Assembly: GCA_050942955.1 (NCBI GenBank)
Contig: JBMNOG010000004.1
Location: 4,431 to 68,430 of the forward strand
Source: Patescibacteria group bacterium
GTDB taxonomy: Bacteria; Patescibacteriota; Microgenomatia; UBA1400; UBA1449
Direction of reading: 5' to 3'
DNA length: 64,000 nucleotides
Numbering within the stretch: position 1 is the first letter of the stretch; the number at the start of each line of letters is the position of its first letter. Both the position numbers and the translations under genes were made by a program. Positions 1 through 9,372 of the stretch are shown here, one piece after another. Under the pieces are notes generated by a model that saw only the letters and a program-made list of their open reading frames with translations, did no database searches and was not told the DNA's origin.

Positions 1-1284
1 CTCTTTCATATCGTACCTATCCCAATCTTCGGTTTTTAACAGTCCCTCCTTTTGGCACTCTTTAAATAGTCTTGTCCCTGGATATGGCACCACTAGCGTT
101 ACCTGGAGTGAATCAATAAGCCCTCTTTCAAAGAGTCTCTTTGTTTTTGTGATTGTATTTTTCGCCTCAGCCTCAGACTCCCAAGGGTAGCCAACCATAC
201 AGGTAACATGTGGCTGAAGGTTGCCGTTCGTTTCCCGGTTTACTTTTTTAATTATTTCCAGTTCTTTCTCAACATCTGTAACACGTATCCCTTTACCGAT
301 ACGGTCAAGCGTTTCCTGATTCGCCGACTCAAGCCCATACAGAAGAAATCTAAAATTGGCTTTAGCCATATACCTATAATCTTCCTGAGTTAAAGCACCA
401 AAACGCATATTACAGCTTAGTCTCACCTTTTTGTGGTACCCCCTTTTAACCATACCTTTGCAAAACAGGCGCAGCCACTTGCCTACCATCATTGTCCCGG
501 CATCATCCATAATTTCCTTTACGTTATACTTCTTAATTAGTTCTCCTATTTCATCTAAGACATTCTCAGCACTTCTTACCCTAAACTTCGGGTAGAGAGT
601 CGTCCAAGAACAAAAAGAACAGCCGCCGGTTTTCCTCCACCAGCAATCTCTTCCGGACATAATGTAAGTACCTGGCGTATACTTAAAGTTGCCGTTTTCG
701 TGTGCGTAGAGCTGCCAACGGGTCAGCTCTCTGTCAATAAACGGCACGGTGTTTAGATCATGATTAAGTGCAAACCGGCCAGTGCTTCTAACAGACTTCT
801 TATCCCGGTACCAAATACCCGGCTCAAGCGCAGTACCTTTAGCCAAATGATTAGCTAGGCTTAGAAGCAAAAAATCATAGTCGCCACCACAGAGGATAAA
901 ATCAACTTTTGAGTTGCTAAAACTTTCCTCAGGTAAAGCTGTCACGTGGTCTCCGACTAAAATAACTTTAGTTTTTAGCGTAGTTTTAATCTCATTAATA
1001 ATTTGCCAGTGCCGTTTGATTACCGGAGTTTTTGTTTCCATGACTATAAGGTCCGGACCAAACTCTACAACCTCTTTCAGCCAAGTTTTATATGTTTTTT
1101 TCTCAGCTATACCATCCAGCCACAAGATTTCGTGTCCATGTTCTTTAAGTAATGTTGCAGCTTGGGCGGGTACCACAGGATAAATATATGTTGCTGAAGG
1201 AAACCATTGGAACTGGCGGTTTTGACTAAGACGCGGAACACCTTTTGGAGATTTCATTGGTGGATAGCCGATAACTACTTTCAT
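1..1284 (-). CDS. B12-binding domain / radical SAM protein. The ORF is open to the window start, so it is 3'-truncated by the window edge.
   Basis: Translating the minus strand from the ATG at 1284 gives MKVVIGYPPMKSPKG... The N-terminal Rossmann-like B12-binding region contains VILVGDHVTALPEE. A Cys cluster DCWWRKTGGCSFCSW (C-x7-C-x2-C) lies in a radical-SAM-like core. The ORF is absent from the ORF track because it runs off the edge. Confidence 0.65.
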   Translation of the reverse strand, partial: MKVVIGYPPMKSPKGVPRLSQNRQFQWFPSATYIYPVVPAQAATLLKEHGHEILWLDGIAEKKTYKTWLKEVVEFGPDLIVMETKTPVIKRHWQIINEIKTTLKTKVILVGDHVTALPEESFSNSKVDFILCGGDYDFLLLSLANHLAKGTALEPGIWYRDKKSVRSTGRFALNHDLNTVPFIDRELTRWQLYAHENGNFKYTPGTYIMSGRDCWWRKTGGCSFCSWTTLYPKFRVRSAENVLDEIGELIKKYNVKEIMDDAGTMMVGKWLRLFCKGMVKRGYHKKVRLSCNMRFGALTQEDYRYMAKANFRFLLYGLESANQETLDRIGKGIRVTDVEKELEIIKKVNRETNGNLQPHVTCMVGYPWESEAEAKNTITKTKRLFERGLIDSLQVTLVVPYPGTRLFKECQKEGLLKTEDWDRYDMKE

Positions 1285-1426
1285 ACTCTTGATTATAAAG
1301 TAGAGGTAGGTTCAAAACCACGTTTAACACAACCTGACACAATAGAAAATGACAATAGCTTATAGTAAACTTTACATAGCATTCTTATTTACAAATAAAT
1401 AGCGCTTTCAAGCCGTAAAACAACCT

Positions 1427-2311
1427 ATGAAAATGAAGATCACCAAGGCAGTTATTCCGGCTGCCGGTATTGGCTCAAGATTTCTACCCTGGACAAAAGC
1501 CATGCCTAAAGAAATGCTGCCGATTGTTGATAAGCCGGTTATCCAGTACATTGTCGAAGAATGTGTTAATGCCGGTATTGAAGAAATTGTAATTGTGACT
1601 GATAGCCGCAAGCGTGCCATAGAAGATCACTTTGACTACGCGCCAGAGTTGGAGAACCGTTTGGAAAAGTCCGGCAAAATCAAACAACTTACTGAAATTA
1701 AACGCATTGCTGAACTTGCGGACTTTATCTACATCAGACAAAAGGGTCCTTACGGCAACGCTACTCCTGTTATTTCTGCACGAAAGGTTCTAGATAAAGA
1801 ACCATTTGTAGTTTTATGGGGAGATCAGTTCACTTGGGCGAAGCCTTCTAGGCTCAAACAGTGTTTACAAGTCTTTGAAAAGTACCAGAATCCCGTTTTT
1901 GCAGCTATGAAGGTAAATGATGAACAAAAAAAACACTGTGGTGTTGGAAGAGTTGAACTCATGTCAAAAAATCTCTATAAGCTAGAAGAAATTGTCGAAA
2001 AACCGGGACCGGAAAATGCCCCCTCAGACCTTATGGTATCGGGAGTTTACATATTTACGTCTGATATCTTCCCCATTCTTGAGAGGCTTACTCCCGGAAA
2101 AGACGATGAGCTGTGGCTGGTTGATGCTGTAAATCTACTTTGCAAACAAAGAGACTGCCTGGCGGTAGAAATTGAGAATGGCAAGTTTTATGACACTGGC
2201 AACAAGTTTGCCTACCACCAAACTGTTGTCGATTTTATGCTTGAGGATCCGGAGATCGGCGAAAAAATGTGGGATTATATTGCCACTAAGCTAAAAATCA
2301 AAGGAAAGTAG
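1427..2311 (+). CDS. galU: UTP--glucose-1-phosphate uridylyltransferase
   Basis: The N-terminus KAVIPAAGIGSRFLPWTKAMPKEMLPIVDKPVIQYIVEE is the canonical GalU nucleotidyltransferase motif. Length is 294 aa. Confidence 0.9.
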   Translation: MKMKITKAVIPAAGIGSRFLPWTKAMPKEMLPIVDKPVIQYIVEECVNAGIEEIVIVTDSRKRAIEDHFDYAPELENRLEKSGKIKQLTEIKRIAELADFIYIRQKGPYGNATPVISARKVLDKEPFVVLWGDQFTWAKPSRLKQCLQVFEKYQNPVFAAMKVNDEQKKHCGVGRVELMSKNLYKLEEIVEKPGPENAPSDLMVSGVYIFTSDIFPILERLTPGKDDELWLVDAVNLLCKQRDCLAVEIENGKFYDTGNKFAYHQTVVDFMLEDPEIGEKMWDYIATKLKIKGK

Positions 2312-2318
2312 TTGCTAG

Positions 2319-2864
2319 TTATTCTCTACAGCAGTCTATTGCTTTTTGGACTATCTGCCCGAGCTTATCAAAGATACTTGAACTGATTTTTTCCTGAGGT
2401 TTGTTATCTTCGTCAATGAACGCAATTTCTCCTGAGTCTGATTGCTTTACTCCATTTGTCTTAACTATTCCCAGATTCAACCCCCAAAATAAGCTATAAA
2501 GTTTATATGCTTTGTCAAACATCCCCCTTGCTTTCTTATCATCACCTTTACCCAGCATCTTTGTGCCCACTTCCATAAGGCGCACTGAACCGGCCAGTAG
2601 GTGTTTACTGATACACCAAACCTCGCCTTCATAGTCTTTGATAATTTGCTTGAGAAGAGACTTACGCATTTCCCTGACGTCTTTTAGTAGGTTAAAGTAC
2701 TCATTCTTGCCGGTTTTACTGCCGCTAAAGAACAGGTGTTCCTCAATACTAATAAGATTCATGATCGCAATAGAGAGGTCCTCATCAGAAGAAAGATCCA
2801 GCTTCTCCCCTTTTTCCATTTTCTTGATTTTATCTAAAAATTGCTGGACATCTTGTTTGGCCAT
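2319..2864 (-). CDS. hypothetical protein (181 aa, cytoplasmic, Lys/Glu-rich)
   Basis: Clean ORF tightly packed against galU (tail-to-tail). No motif recognised. Confidence 0.45.
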   Translation of the reverse strand: MAKQDVQQFLDKIKKMEKGEKLDLSSDEDLSIAIMNLISIEEHLFFSGSKTGKNEYFNLLKDVREMRKSLLKQIIKDYEGEVWCISKHLLAGSVRLMEVGTKMLGKGDDKKARGMFDKAYKLYSLFWGLNLGIVKTNGVKQSDSGEIAFIDEDNKPQEKISSSIFDKLGQIVQKAIDCCRE

Positions 2865-2874
2865 AAACTCTCCT

Positions 2875-3378
2875 TTATCTGGTTATAAAGTAAAATATGC
2901 CACTTGAAAGTAAAAGGAGAACTACGGGAAGGATCACCTTCTGGTAGTAAACAAAAACTTTACCATCATTTTTTGATCTTAGAAGACTGTCAAGTTTTAC
3001 ACTTAAGTAAAATGCAAGAGTGCCAACACCAGTTCCCAAAAGCAGTTTATCAACTCCCCACAGTGTATTAAACGGAGCGCCGATAACTTTCCCCCAATAC
3101 AAGGGCAGCAGCGTCAGAAGGTAAATAAGAGCAATAGACAAGAGTTTTTTACATGGAAGCCGAACCTGTTTTTTTTCGAGATAAGCAGCCAACCAAAGAC
3201 TACTCGATAAAAGCAAACCACCAACCCATACTCCAGATACTGCGTCGTCTATTCCTAACCAACGCGACAACCCTAAGCCTGCACCAACAGCTACAGTACA
3301 AGCAGGACAAACCGCAGAAACTGCAGGAGGAAATACTAACGATACTGACAGCAAAATTGCAAACAAAATTAAAGTCAT
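2875..3378 (-). CDS. polytopic membrane protein with a CPAC motif. It may be the partner of the adjacent thioredoxin-fold lipoprotein.
   Basis: Several hydrophobic helices (MTLILFAILLSVSLVFPPAVSAVCPACTVAVGAGLG...). The start is taken at internal Met so that it abuts the upstream gene. The track ORF is 2875..3444. Confidence 0.45.
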   Translation of the reverse strand: MTLILFAILLSVSLVFPPAVSAVCPACTVAVGAGLGLSRWLGIDDAVSGVWVGGLLLSSSLWLAAYLEKKQVRLPCKKLLSIALIYLLTLLPLYWGKVIGAPFNTLWGVDKLLLGTGVGTLAFYLSVKLDSLLRSKNDGKVFVYYQKVILPVVLLLLSSGIFYFITR

Positions 3379-3379
3379 A

Positions 3380-3814
3380 TTACTGTGTACTGTCAGAAGG
3401 TGATGCTCCCCCGTCCACTGGTTTCTCATACCCGATTTTTCCATTAAGATAAAGAATGATCTGATTGTTCCCTAAATAGCACTGGCCGTCTGCATACATA
3501 AATGGAATGCCAACCTTATCAACAGGGAGTCCACATTCTTGGGCTCTTTGGCCCAGTTCCTGGTTGTGTTTAGGGAAATTCTGTCCAACCTGTCTTTTCT
3601 CAATCATTAGTTTCTCATCAATGTTATTTTCCTTAATGTACTGCTCCAAATCCCGGCAATGAGGACAATCCGGGCTGGAATAAAGAATAAGCGTGCTTTG
3701 GCTTTCTGAACTTGATACGCCTTCTACCGCACCCCCACCGGAACTATTCGGAACAGTGCAGCCACCTAAAACGACAGCCAGTAGAAGCGGTAAGATAATC
3801 AGGGTTTTCTTCAT
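3380..3814 (-). CDS. thioredoxin-fold lipoprotein, DsbA/glutaredoxin-like (CPHC active site)
   Basis: MKKTLIILPLLLAVVLGGC is a lipoprotein signal/lipobox. SSPDCPHCRDLEQYIKEN is a CxxC thioredoxin-fold motif. The start is chosen at the internal Met preceding the signal peptide. Confidence 0.6.
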   Translation of the reverse strand: MKKTLIILPLLLAVVLGGCTVPNSSGGGAVEGVSSSESQSTLILYSSPDCPHCRDLEQYIKENNIDEKLMIEKRQVGQNFPKHNQELGQRAQECGLPVDKVGIPFMYADGQCYLGNNQIILYLNGKIGYEKPVDGGASPSDSTQ

Positions 3815-3911
3815 AGGGGTTGCAATAATATCAATTATAGAAAAATTTGCAACATCAGTACAGTAACAATATTCCACACTAATGCTTTACAGAGTCAAAT
3901 AGTATTTAAAT

Positions 3912-4664
3912 CTATAGCAATTTTGCTTCAATTATTTTAATTTCCTTATCTGGTCTGCCATCGCCTGTAGAAACTACAGGGTCAACTTTTTCAAGAATTT
4001 TATCCAGAACCGGAAAGTCTTTTTCGGTTATCTTGCCAAAAATGGTATATGCCGGTGGCAGTTTTGTGTCTCTTAGCATAATGAAAAATTGACTGCCGTT
4101 TGTGTTTGGCCCGGCGTTTGCCATAGCTACATAGCCTTTCTTGTAGACTGCGTACCTGCCGTTAAAGTCCGCATATAGTTCCGGGGCAATAAATTCCCCG
4201 GGCTTGTTTTCTATAAAAATCTCATCTTCAAATTCCTGACCAAACGCTGATTCGCCTCCTCTGCCGTTTCCAAGCGGGTCCCCACCTTGTATTATGGAAA
4301 AATTTTCCCTCTCAGCTATCCGGTGAAATGTCAGACCATCAAAATACTTTCTATGGGTGAGTCTAATAAAGTTTTCGGTTGTTTTAGGGGCCGCCTTATC
4401 AAGCATCTCTATGTTTAATGTACCGAAGTTAGTTTCCATAACCACTGTCCGGCCGGTTAAGACCAAATCTTTTTCCTGCTCCAGTAGTGCCTCTGGGGAA
4501 ATGGTTGGATCGGGTTGGTTTATGTTTTGTGAGTCCGTAGTGGTAGTAGTGTTTTGCGAGTTGGTATTATTCGAGTTTGTAACCACCTTGTTTGTACAGC
4601 TGGTTAGCACCAGAGCCGCAGCAATCGAGAATAAGGATAAATATTTAGCGGAATAGCTTGCCAT
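3912..4664 (-). CDS. peptidyl-prolyl cis-trans isomerase, cyclophilin type (lipoprotein)
   Basis: Cyclophilin motifs HRIAERENFSIIQGGDPLGNGRGGES and MANAGPNTNGSQFFI. N-terminal lipoprotein signal AAALVLTSC. Start at internal Met (track ORF 3912..4721). Confidence 0.85.
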   Translation of the reverse strand: MASYSAKYLSLFSIAAALVLTSCTNKVVTNSNNTNSQNTTTTTDSQNINQPDPTISPEALLEQEKDLVLTGRTVVMETNFGTLNIEMLDKAAPKTTENFIRLTHRKYFDGLTFHRIAERENFSIIQGGDPLGNGRGGESAFGQEFEDEIFIENKPGEFIAPELYADFNGRYAVYKKGYVAMANAGPNTNGSQFFIMLRDTKLPPAYTIFGKITEKDFPVLDKILEKVDPVVSTGDGRPDKEIKIIEAKLL

Positions 4665-4788
4665 AGGTATTTTAGCTCTTAGTAACCTTACAAGATTATC
4701 ACATTCTTCTTTTGTAAGCATGCCATATTTTGAAAATACTGCTTCACCTTTCTATAATAGAAGCGTTAGTAAATTAGGAGAACTAAGT

Positions 4789-5667
4789 ATGAACAAACAA
4801 ACAAGAGTCGGATTTATTGGCCTAGGGCTTATGGGCAACCCGATGGCAAAAAACCTTAAAAAGGCCGGTTTTGACCTGAAAGTTTACAACCGTTCTAAGG
4901 AGAAACTCGAGGAATTTATTGAGATGGGAGTGCCGGTATACAATAGTCCGGCAGAACTGGCAAAAGACTGTGATGTGGTTATAAGTATCGTTACCGGGCC
5001 TGAAGACGTTAGGGAAGTTATGGTTGGGCCTGAAGGAGTGATTGTCAGCGGCAATTCTACTCTCACTGCAATAGATATGAGTACTATCGGTCCTTCTGCA
5101 GCAACTGAAGTTGGTGAAGTACTAGCAGAAGCTGGGATAGAGTTTTTAGATGCGCCAGTTACCGGCAGTGTTGCCAAAGCCACTACAGGAGAACTGACAA
5201 TCTTTATTGGCGGCAAAGAAGATGTTTTTGAGAACGCTAAACCGATATTTAAGGCCATGGGAACAAACTTGCAGTATATGGGGAAAAGCGGCAGCGGCCA
5301 AGCTATTAAACTCATCAACAACCTTATTGTTGCCTCAACTATAACTACCCTGGCTGAAGGCTTTTTGCTGGCTGACATGATGCAACTCCCAAGAGAAAAA
5401 GTTGCACAGGCGCTGGAAGACGTGCCCGCTTTATCGTTTTTCATGAAACTTAAACTGCCAAACATGGTTAACAATGACTTTCCTGTAGCCTTTTCGATGG
5501 CCAATATGGACAAGGATTTACGCCTAGCTTTATCCGAGATGCAAAACGCAGACGGCAATCTCGAAGTGCTTAAGAAAGTTGAGCAATATTACAGTGAGGG
5601 GTTGGAAAAAGGGCTGGGAAGCAAAGACATCTCGGCAGTTCTGAAAGTTCTTCAGGAAAAAGGATAG
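4789..5667 (+). CDS. NAD(P)-dependent oxidoreductase, 3-hydroxyisobutyrate dehydrogenase / 2-hydroxy-3-oxopropionate reductase family
   Basis: RVGFIGLGLMGNPMAKNL is the Rossmann GxGxxG motif. The 6-PGDH-like NAD-binding domain and C-terminal helical domain are typical. Start at MNKQTRVGFIG. Confidence 0.8.
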   Translation: MNKQTRVGFIGLGLMGNPMAKNLKKAGFDLKVYNRSKEKLEEFIEMGVPVYNSPAELAKDCDVVISIVTGPEDVREVMVGPEGVIVSGNSTLTAIDMSTIGPSAATEVGEVLAEAGIEFLDAPVTGSVAKATTGELTIFIGGKEDVFENAKPIFKAMGTNLQYMGKSGSGQAIKLINNLIVASTITTLAEGFLLADMMQLPREKVAQALEDVPALSFFMKLKLPNMVNNDFPVAFSMANMDKDLRLALSEMQNADGNLEVLKKVEQYYSEGLEKGLGSKDISAVLKVLQEKG

Positions 5668-6018
5668 TAAATCTAAGAGTGTCTCTGGCAATAACAGGTC
5701 TAACTTCAAGTAAAGTCTGTGGTTAAAGTACGCTGTTTCGAGTTGTTTTCCTCAAAACGTAATTGAAATGAATATTGTGAAGTTTTCGAACTAACACCTG
5801 AGAACGAGATGAAATTTATGCTTGTTTATGCTATAATTATAGGATATACAGCTAGAGGTAGCTGTTTTTGTTTCCGCATGAAACTAACTATAAGCAGTTA
5901 TGTTTTCTTCTGGAAGCGCACCTTAACAAGCAGCAGTAGGTTTGTTTTTCCTGCCGCTTTAGGTTTGTAAAACACTATAAGCTTAAAGTGGCAGGAAAAC
6001 TTTTCTTTGGAGGAAATC

Positions 6019-6459
6019 ATGAGCAAGATCGGAGAGTCGTTCGTTCAAGGGAAGGAGAAGGTCACAGAGGCATCAAGGAAAGGCTGGTCACTACTCAGTA
6101 CAGTGATTACAATACTTTTCTTGTTGGCCCTTGTCGACAGGTTTAACCTAGTGATCAAACTAGGCTCGAACTTGTTCGACACAACGGAGTCAGTCATCAC
6201 CGCAGGAGCAGCTGCGCCGACACAGTTCTCGAACATGGCAGTTCCGCCTCAACCACAGATGGTTTCAACCAGCCAGCACATTCTGTGCCAGGCTGAGCTG
6301 TACACCATCCAGAAAGGTGATACAGCCTGGGGGATAGCCCAGAAATTCGGCGTGCCGTTGCCACTCCTTTTGGGAGCCAACGAGATGTCTGTAGAACAGG
6401 CATCTCAACTTTCGATCGGCCAGCAGCTCCGAATCCCAGTTTTTCCGCTGGGTCAGTAG
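6019..6459 (+). CDS. membrane-anchored LysM-domain protein
   Basis: GGAGGA SD 5 nt upstream of the ATG at 6019. TM helix LLSTVITILFLLALV. C-terminal LysM domain: YTIQKGDTAWGIAQKFGVPLPLLLGANEMSVEQASQLSIGQQLRIP. Confidence 0.7.
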   Translation: MSKIGESFVQGKEKVTEASRKGWSLLSTVITILFLLALVDRFNLVIKLGSNLFDTTESVITAGAAAPTQFSNMAVPPQPQMVSTSQHILCQAELYTIQKGDTAWGIAQKFGVPLPLLLGANEMSVEQASQLSIGQQLRIPVFPLGQ

Positions 6460-6834
6460 CCGTCAGCAAGACATACAAGAGACCGCACAGTGATACGCGA
6501 AGCAATTCCGCTAAGCTGTGCGGTCTCAATCTTTGGAAGATGCCAAAGAAAATCCTAACCTAAATCCCTTCTTATCCTCCATCCACAACCTACTGCTGCT
6601 TAATAAATACATTTTTCCATATATACGTGCCATATTTGCTTTCTCCGCTAGAAAAGACTATAATATATTATAGGATATGTTTATCCTAGGTTTATGGGCA
6701 GATAAGCCAAATGGGGCTTAAATCTACCTCTAAATTGCACTTTAACAAGCAGCAGCAGGCAGTTGGCTTCCCAACCATAAGGCTAGTTTATATGGCTTTA
6801 GGGGTGGGAAGTCAATAAAAAATAAAGGAGAAGG

Positions 6835-7167
6835 ATGACAAGGTGGTGCGTTCTATTCTGTGTTCTAGTAACCGCAGTACTTCTTATAGGCTGCGGCACC
6901 TTCTTCGATGGTGACGCTGTCACCGTCAACTCCGAAGCATATGGGTTTTTTAATCCGTATTGCTACGGGGATGAAAAATTTGAGAGGTGGAACTCGTTTA
7001 CCATCTCTCAAATGTGCAAGTCGGTCCTAGCTCCTTCCACAGAAGGGGTAATTGAGAAGGGTGGTGACTACGATACTGCCTTCCTCAACGGGTGTGCCCG
7101 GGTAGTTTTTCAGGATGGTCAGGTACTGTGGGTACCGACCAAATATCTAGAGAAAGGGGAAGAATGA
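6835..7167 (+). CDS. small lipoprotein (110 aa), hypothetical
   Basis: AGGAG SD upstream. Signal peptide plus lipobox VLLIGCG. Confidence 0.55.
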   Translation: MTRWCVLFCVLVTAVLLIGCGTFFDGDAVTVNSEAYGFFNPYCYGDEKFERWNSFTISQMCKSVLAPSTEGVIEKGGDYDTAFLNGCARVVFQDGQVLWVPTKYLEKGEE

Positions 7168-7313
7168 TCTTAGGATTTTCGAAGTCCGTCCAACTCTGGC
7201 TCCTCGGGCTGACCCTATTGGCCATTGCTGCCATTTACATGGCAACACTGCCAGTGGCAGCAAACGAGGAGTGTCTTCTCACCCACCTGCTCGCCGCTCT
7301 TCTGGAGTGGTGA
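7164..7313 (+). CDS. possible 49-aa single-TM peptide. ATGA start/stop overlap with the upstream lipoprotein gene suggests translational coupling.
   Basis: MILGFSKSVQLWLLGLTLLAIAAIYMATLPV is TM-like. It lies inside a GC-rich, hairpin-dense patch, so it could alternatively be non-coding. Confidence 0.25.
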   Translation: MILGFSKSVQLWLLGLTLLAIAAIYMATLPVAANEECLLTHLLAALLEW

Positions 7314-7655
7314 GATGAAATGGGGAGGAGATTCTGTCTTCCCGGCATTTTCCGTTAGCGATAACGGTATGCTGGGCAAGGTTCTTGCCTCGGTTTTCTC
7401 CTGGCTCCGGCTGGGAAGAGGTGAGGACCGCTAGGTCTGAGGCACAGGGCTGCCAGCACTCAAACAACGCCGTTTGGTGTTGTGCAGCCCTTGCCCCGCT
7501 TAGGCAAAAATAATCTTTTCTTTATTATTTGCCTTCCCTGACCCATGTTCCGCCTGCTGCTGCTTCCGTTTTCCAAAAATTCAACCACCATACAAGACAA
7601 TATTCTTCGATACAGAAAGCTGCTTTTGTACTGACCCAAGCTGCACTTAACCTGC

Positions 7656-7979
7656 CTATTCTTCAGGCTTTACCCTTTCAACAACAAACCTAAGCGCAGA
7701 ACGCTTTTCACCATCTATCTCAACAGTCACAAACTCAGGGTAAAAGTAAAGGTCGGCTCCGTACGCCAGTAAATTTCCCCTTGCGGCAATAATGGCCTTA
7801 CAAGTAATGTAGACTGCCTCTTTGCCCATAACTTGCAGTTCAACTTTATCCTGTTGCCTTAACAAACTAAAGATATGCCAACCGGCTTTGATGAAGTCGG
7901 TGTCTGCAGCGATTTTAGTATACAGCTGCTTTGCTTCGGGCTCGTCCTCGTTTAAGTATCTCTGATCTTTTTCCTGCAT
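7656..7979 (-). CDS. spoVS: SpoVS-family protein (stage V sporulation protein S homolog) with an ~18-aa N-terminal extension
   Basis: KAIIAARGNLLAYGADLYFYPEFVTVEIDGEKRSALRFVVERV aligns closely with B. subtilis SpoVS (AVAIARGFVAPSGVDLICIPAFTDIQIDGEERTAIKLIVEPR). Confidence 0.7.
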   Translation of the reverse strand: MQEKDQRYLNEDEPEAKQLYTKIAADTDFIKAGWHIFSLLRQQDKVELQVMGKEAVYITCKAIIAARGNLLAYGADLYFYPEFVTVEIDGEKRSALRFVVERVKPEE

Positions 7980-8165
7980 AGAATAGAATTTTGGTAAACA
8001 GGTTAATCATAATTTTTTTTATCTATTTATCAATGCATATATGATATATACCTTGTCTTATCATGTCTTGAAATTCTTTCATGACTCTTACAAAAATCAA
8101 CTTCATCTCTTACACCCTACCGCTAGGATGGCTTGGATACTAATTCCTGCCCTTGAAAGGGGTAT

Positions 8166-9281
8166 ATGAGAATTGCACAAATTGCGCCACTAGCTGAGTC
8201 AGTTCCTCCTAAAAAATACGGGGGTACCGAGAGGGTTGTTGCCGCTTTAACTGAGGGTCTAGTTTTAAGAGGTCATGATGTTACCTTGTTTGCCAGCGGT
8301 GACTCTGAAGCCAAGGCAAAACTTTTTGCCACGTACCCAAAGCACCTGCGTGAGGCTATGCCTAAAGACTCAGTTAGAAGAACCATGGCTACTTTATCTC
8401 ATCTAGGTGTGGCGTATGCTCATCAGGAGGAGTTTGATATTATCCATGACCACACAGGTTTTTACGGCAATGCTTTTGCGTATTCAGCCCAAACACCAAC
8501 ACTGGTCACTATGCATGGAGCCTTTACCAAAGAGAATATCGAACTCTTTGAGTCTTTAAGCAGGGCTTACCTTGTGACTATTTCCCACAGGCAAAGACAG
8601 TTGGCACCGCACCTAAATCATATTGCCACTATTTACAACGGCTTAAACTTTGATAACTACCCGTTTTCTGATACACACGAAGGGTACTTGCTGTACGTAG
8701 GTCGTATTAGCCAAGAGAAAGGTACACGATACACAGTTGAGGTAGCCAGAAGGCTAAACATGAGGCTTATTATTGCTGCCAAACTGGATAACCCTAAAGA
8801 CAGGCGATACTTTAAGCGCTACGTCAAACCCTACATTTCAGACAAAATCCAGTGGGTAGGTGAAGTCACAGAAGAGGAACGGAACAAACTCTATGCCAAT
8901 GCCTTGTGCCTTCTCCACCCTGTAACCTGGCCCGAACCATTTGGCTTGACCCTTATTGAAGCTATGGCGTGCGGCTGTCCGGTAATTGCTTTCAATCAGG
9001 GTTCTATTCCTGAAATTATCCAGGATAGACGGACAGGGTATATAGTTGGTAACGTCGATGAGATGGCTGCAAGAGTTAAGCTAATTAGTGAAATTAGTCG
9101 TGAGGAATGCAAAAACCACGCCAGAAATAACTTTAACGCTGATAGGATGGTTGAAGCCTACGAGTCTTTGTACTCAACGCTTTTGCAGCTTCTCAACCAG
9201 CAAAAACAGCACATTCTACCGCATACCCGAATGACTCCCCAGTATTCCGGTAAACGTAAGGCTCGTCCCACACTCCAGTAA
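8166..9281 (+). CDS. glycosyltransferase family 4 (GT-B, retaining)
   Basis: EPFGLTLIEAMACGCPVIAFNQGSIPEII is the GT4 C-terminal signature. N-terminal KYGGTERVV. Confidence 0.85.
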   Translation: MRIAQIAPLAESVPPKKYGGTERVVAALTEGLVLRGHDVTLFASGDSEAKAKLFATYPKHLREAMPKDSVRRTMATLSHLGVAYAHQEEFDIIHDHTGFYGNAFAYSAQTPTLVTMHGAFTKENIELFESLSRAYLVTISHRQRQLAPHLNHIATIYNGLNFDNYPFSDTHEGYLLYVGRISQEKGTRYTVEVARRLNMRLIIAAKLDNPKDRRYFKRYVKPYISDKIQWVGEVTEEERNKLYANALCLLHPVTWPEPFGLTLIEAMACGCPVIAFNQGSIPEIIQDRRTGYIVGNVDEMAARVKLISEISREECKNHARNNFNADRMVEAYESLYSTLLQLLNQQKQHILPHTRMTPQYSGKRKARPTLQ

Positions 9282-9372
9282 AATAATTTATATTGATATA
9301 TTAATAAATAAGGCTCAGAAATTTGGTTGGTTTGCTTGCATTAGTGTAAAAATAGTGTAAGCTCAAAACCCG

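Noticed and set aside
4884-5558. 224-aa minus-strand ORF
   Set aside because: Antisense to the well-supported NAD-binding dehydrogenase gene. No independent support.
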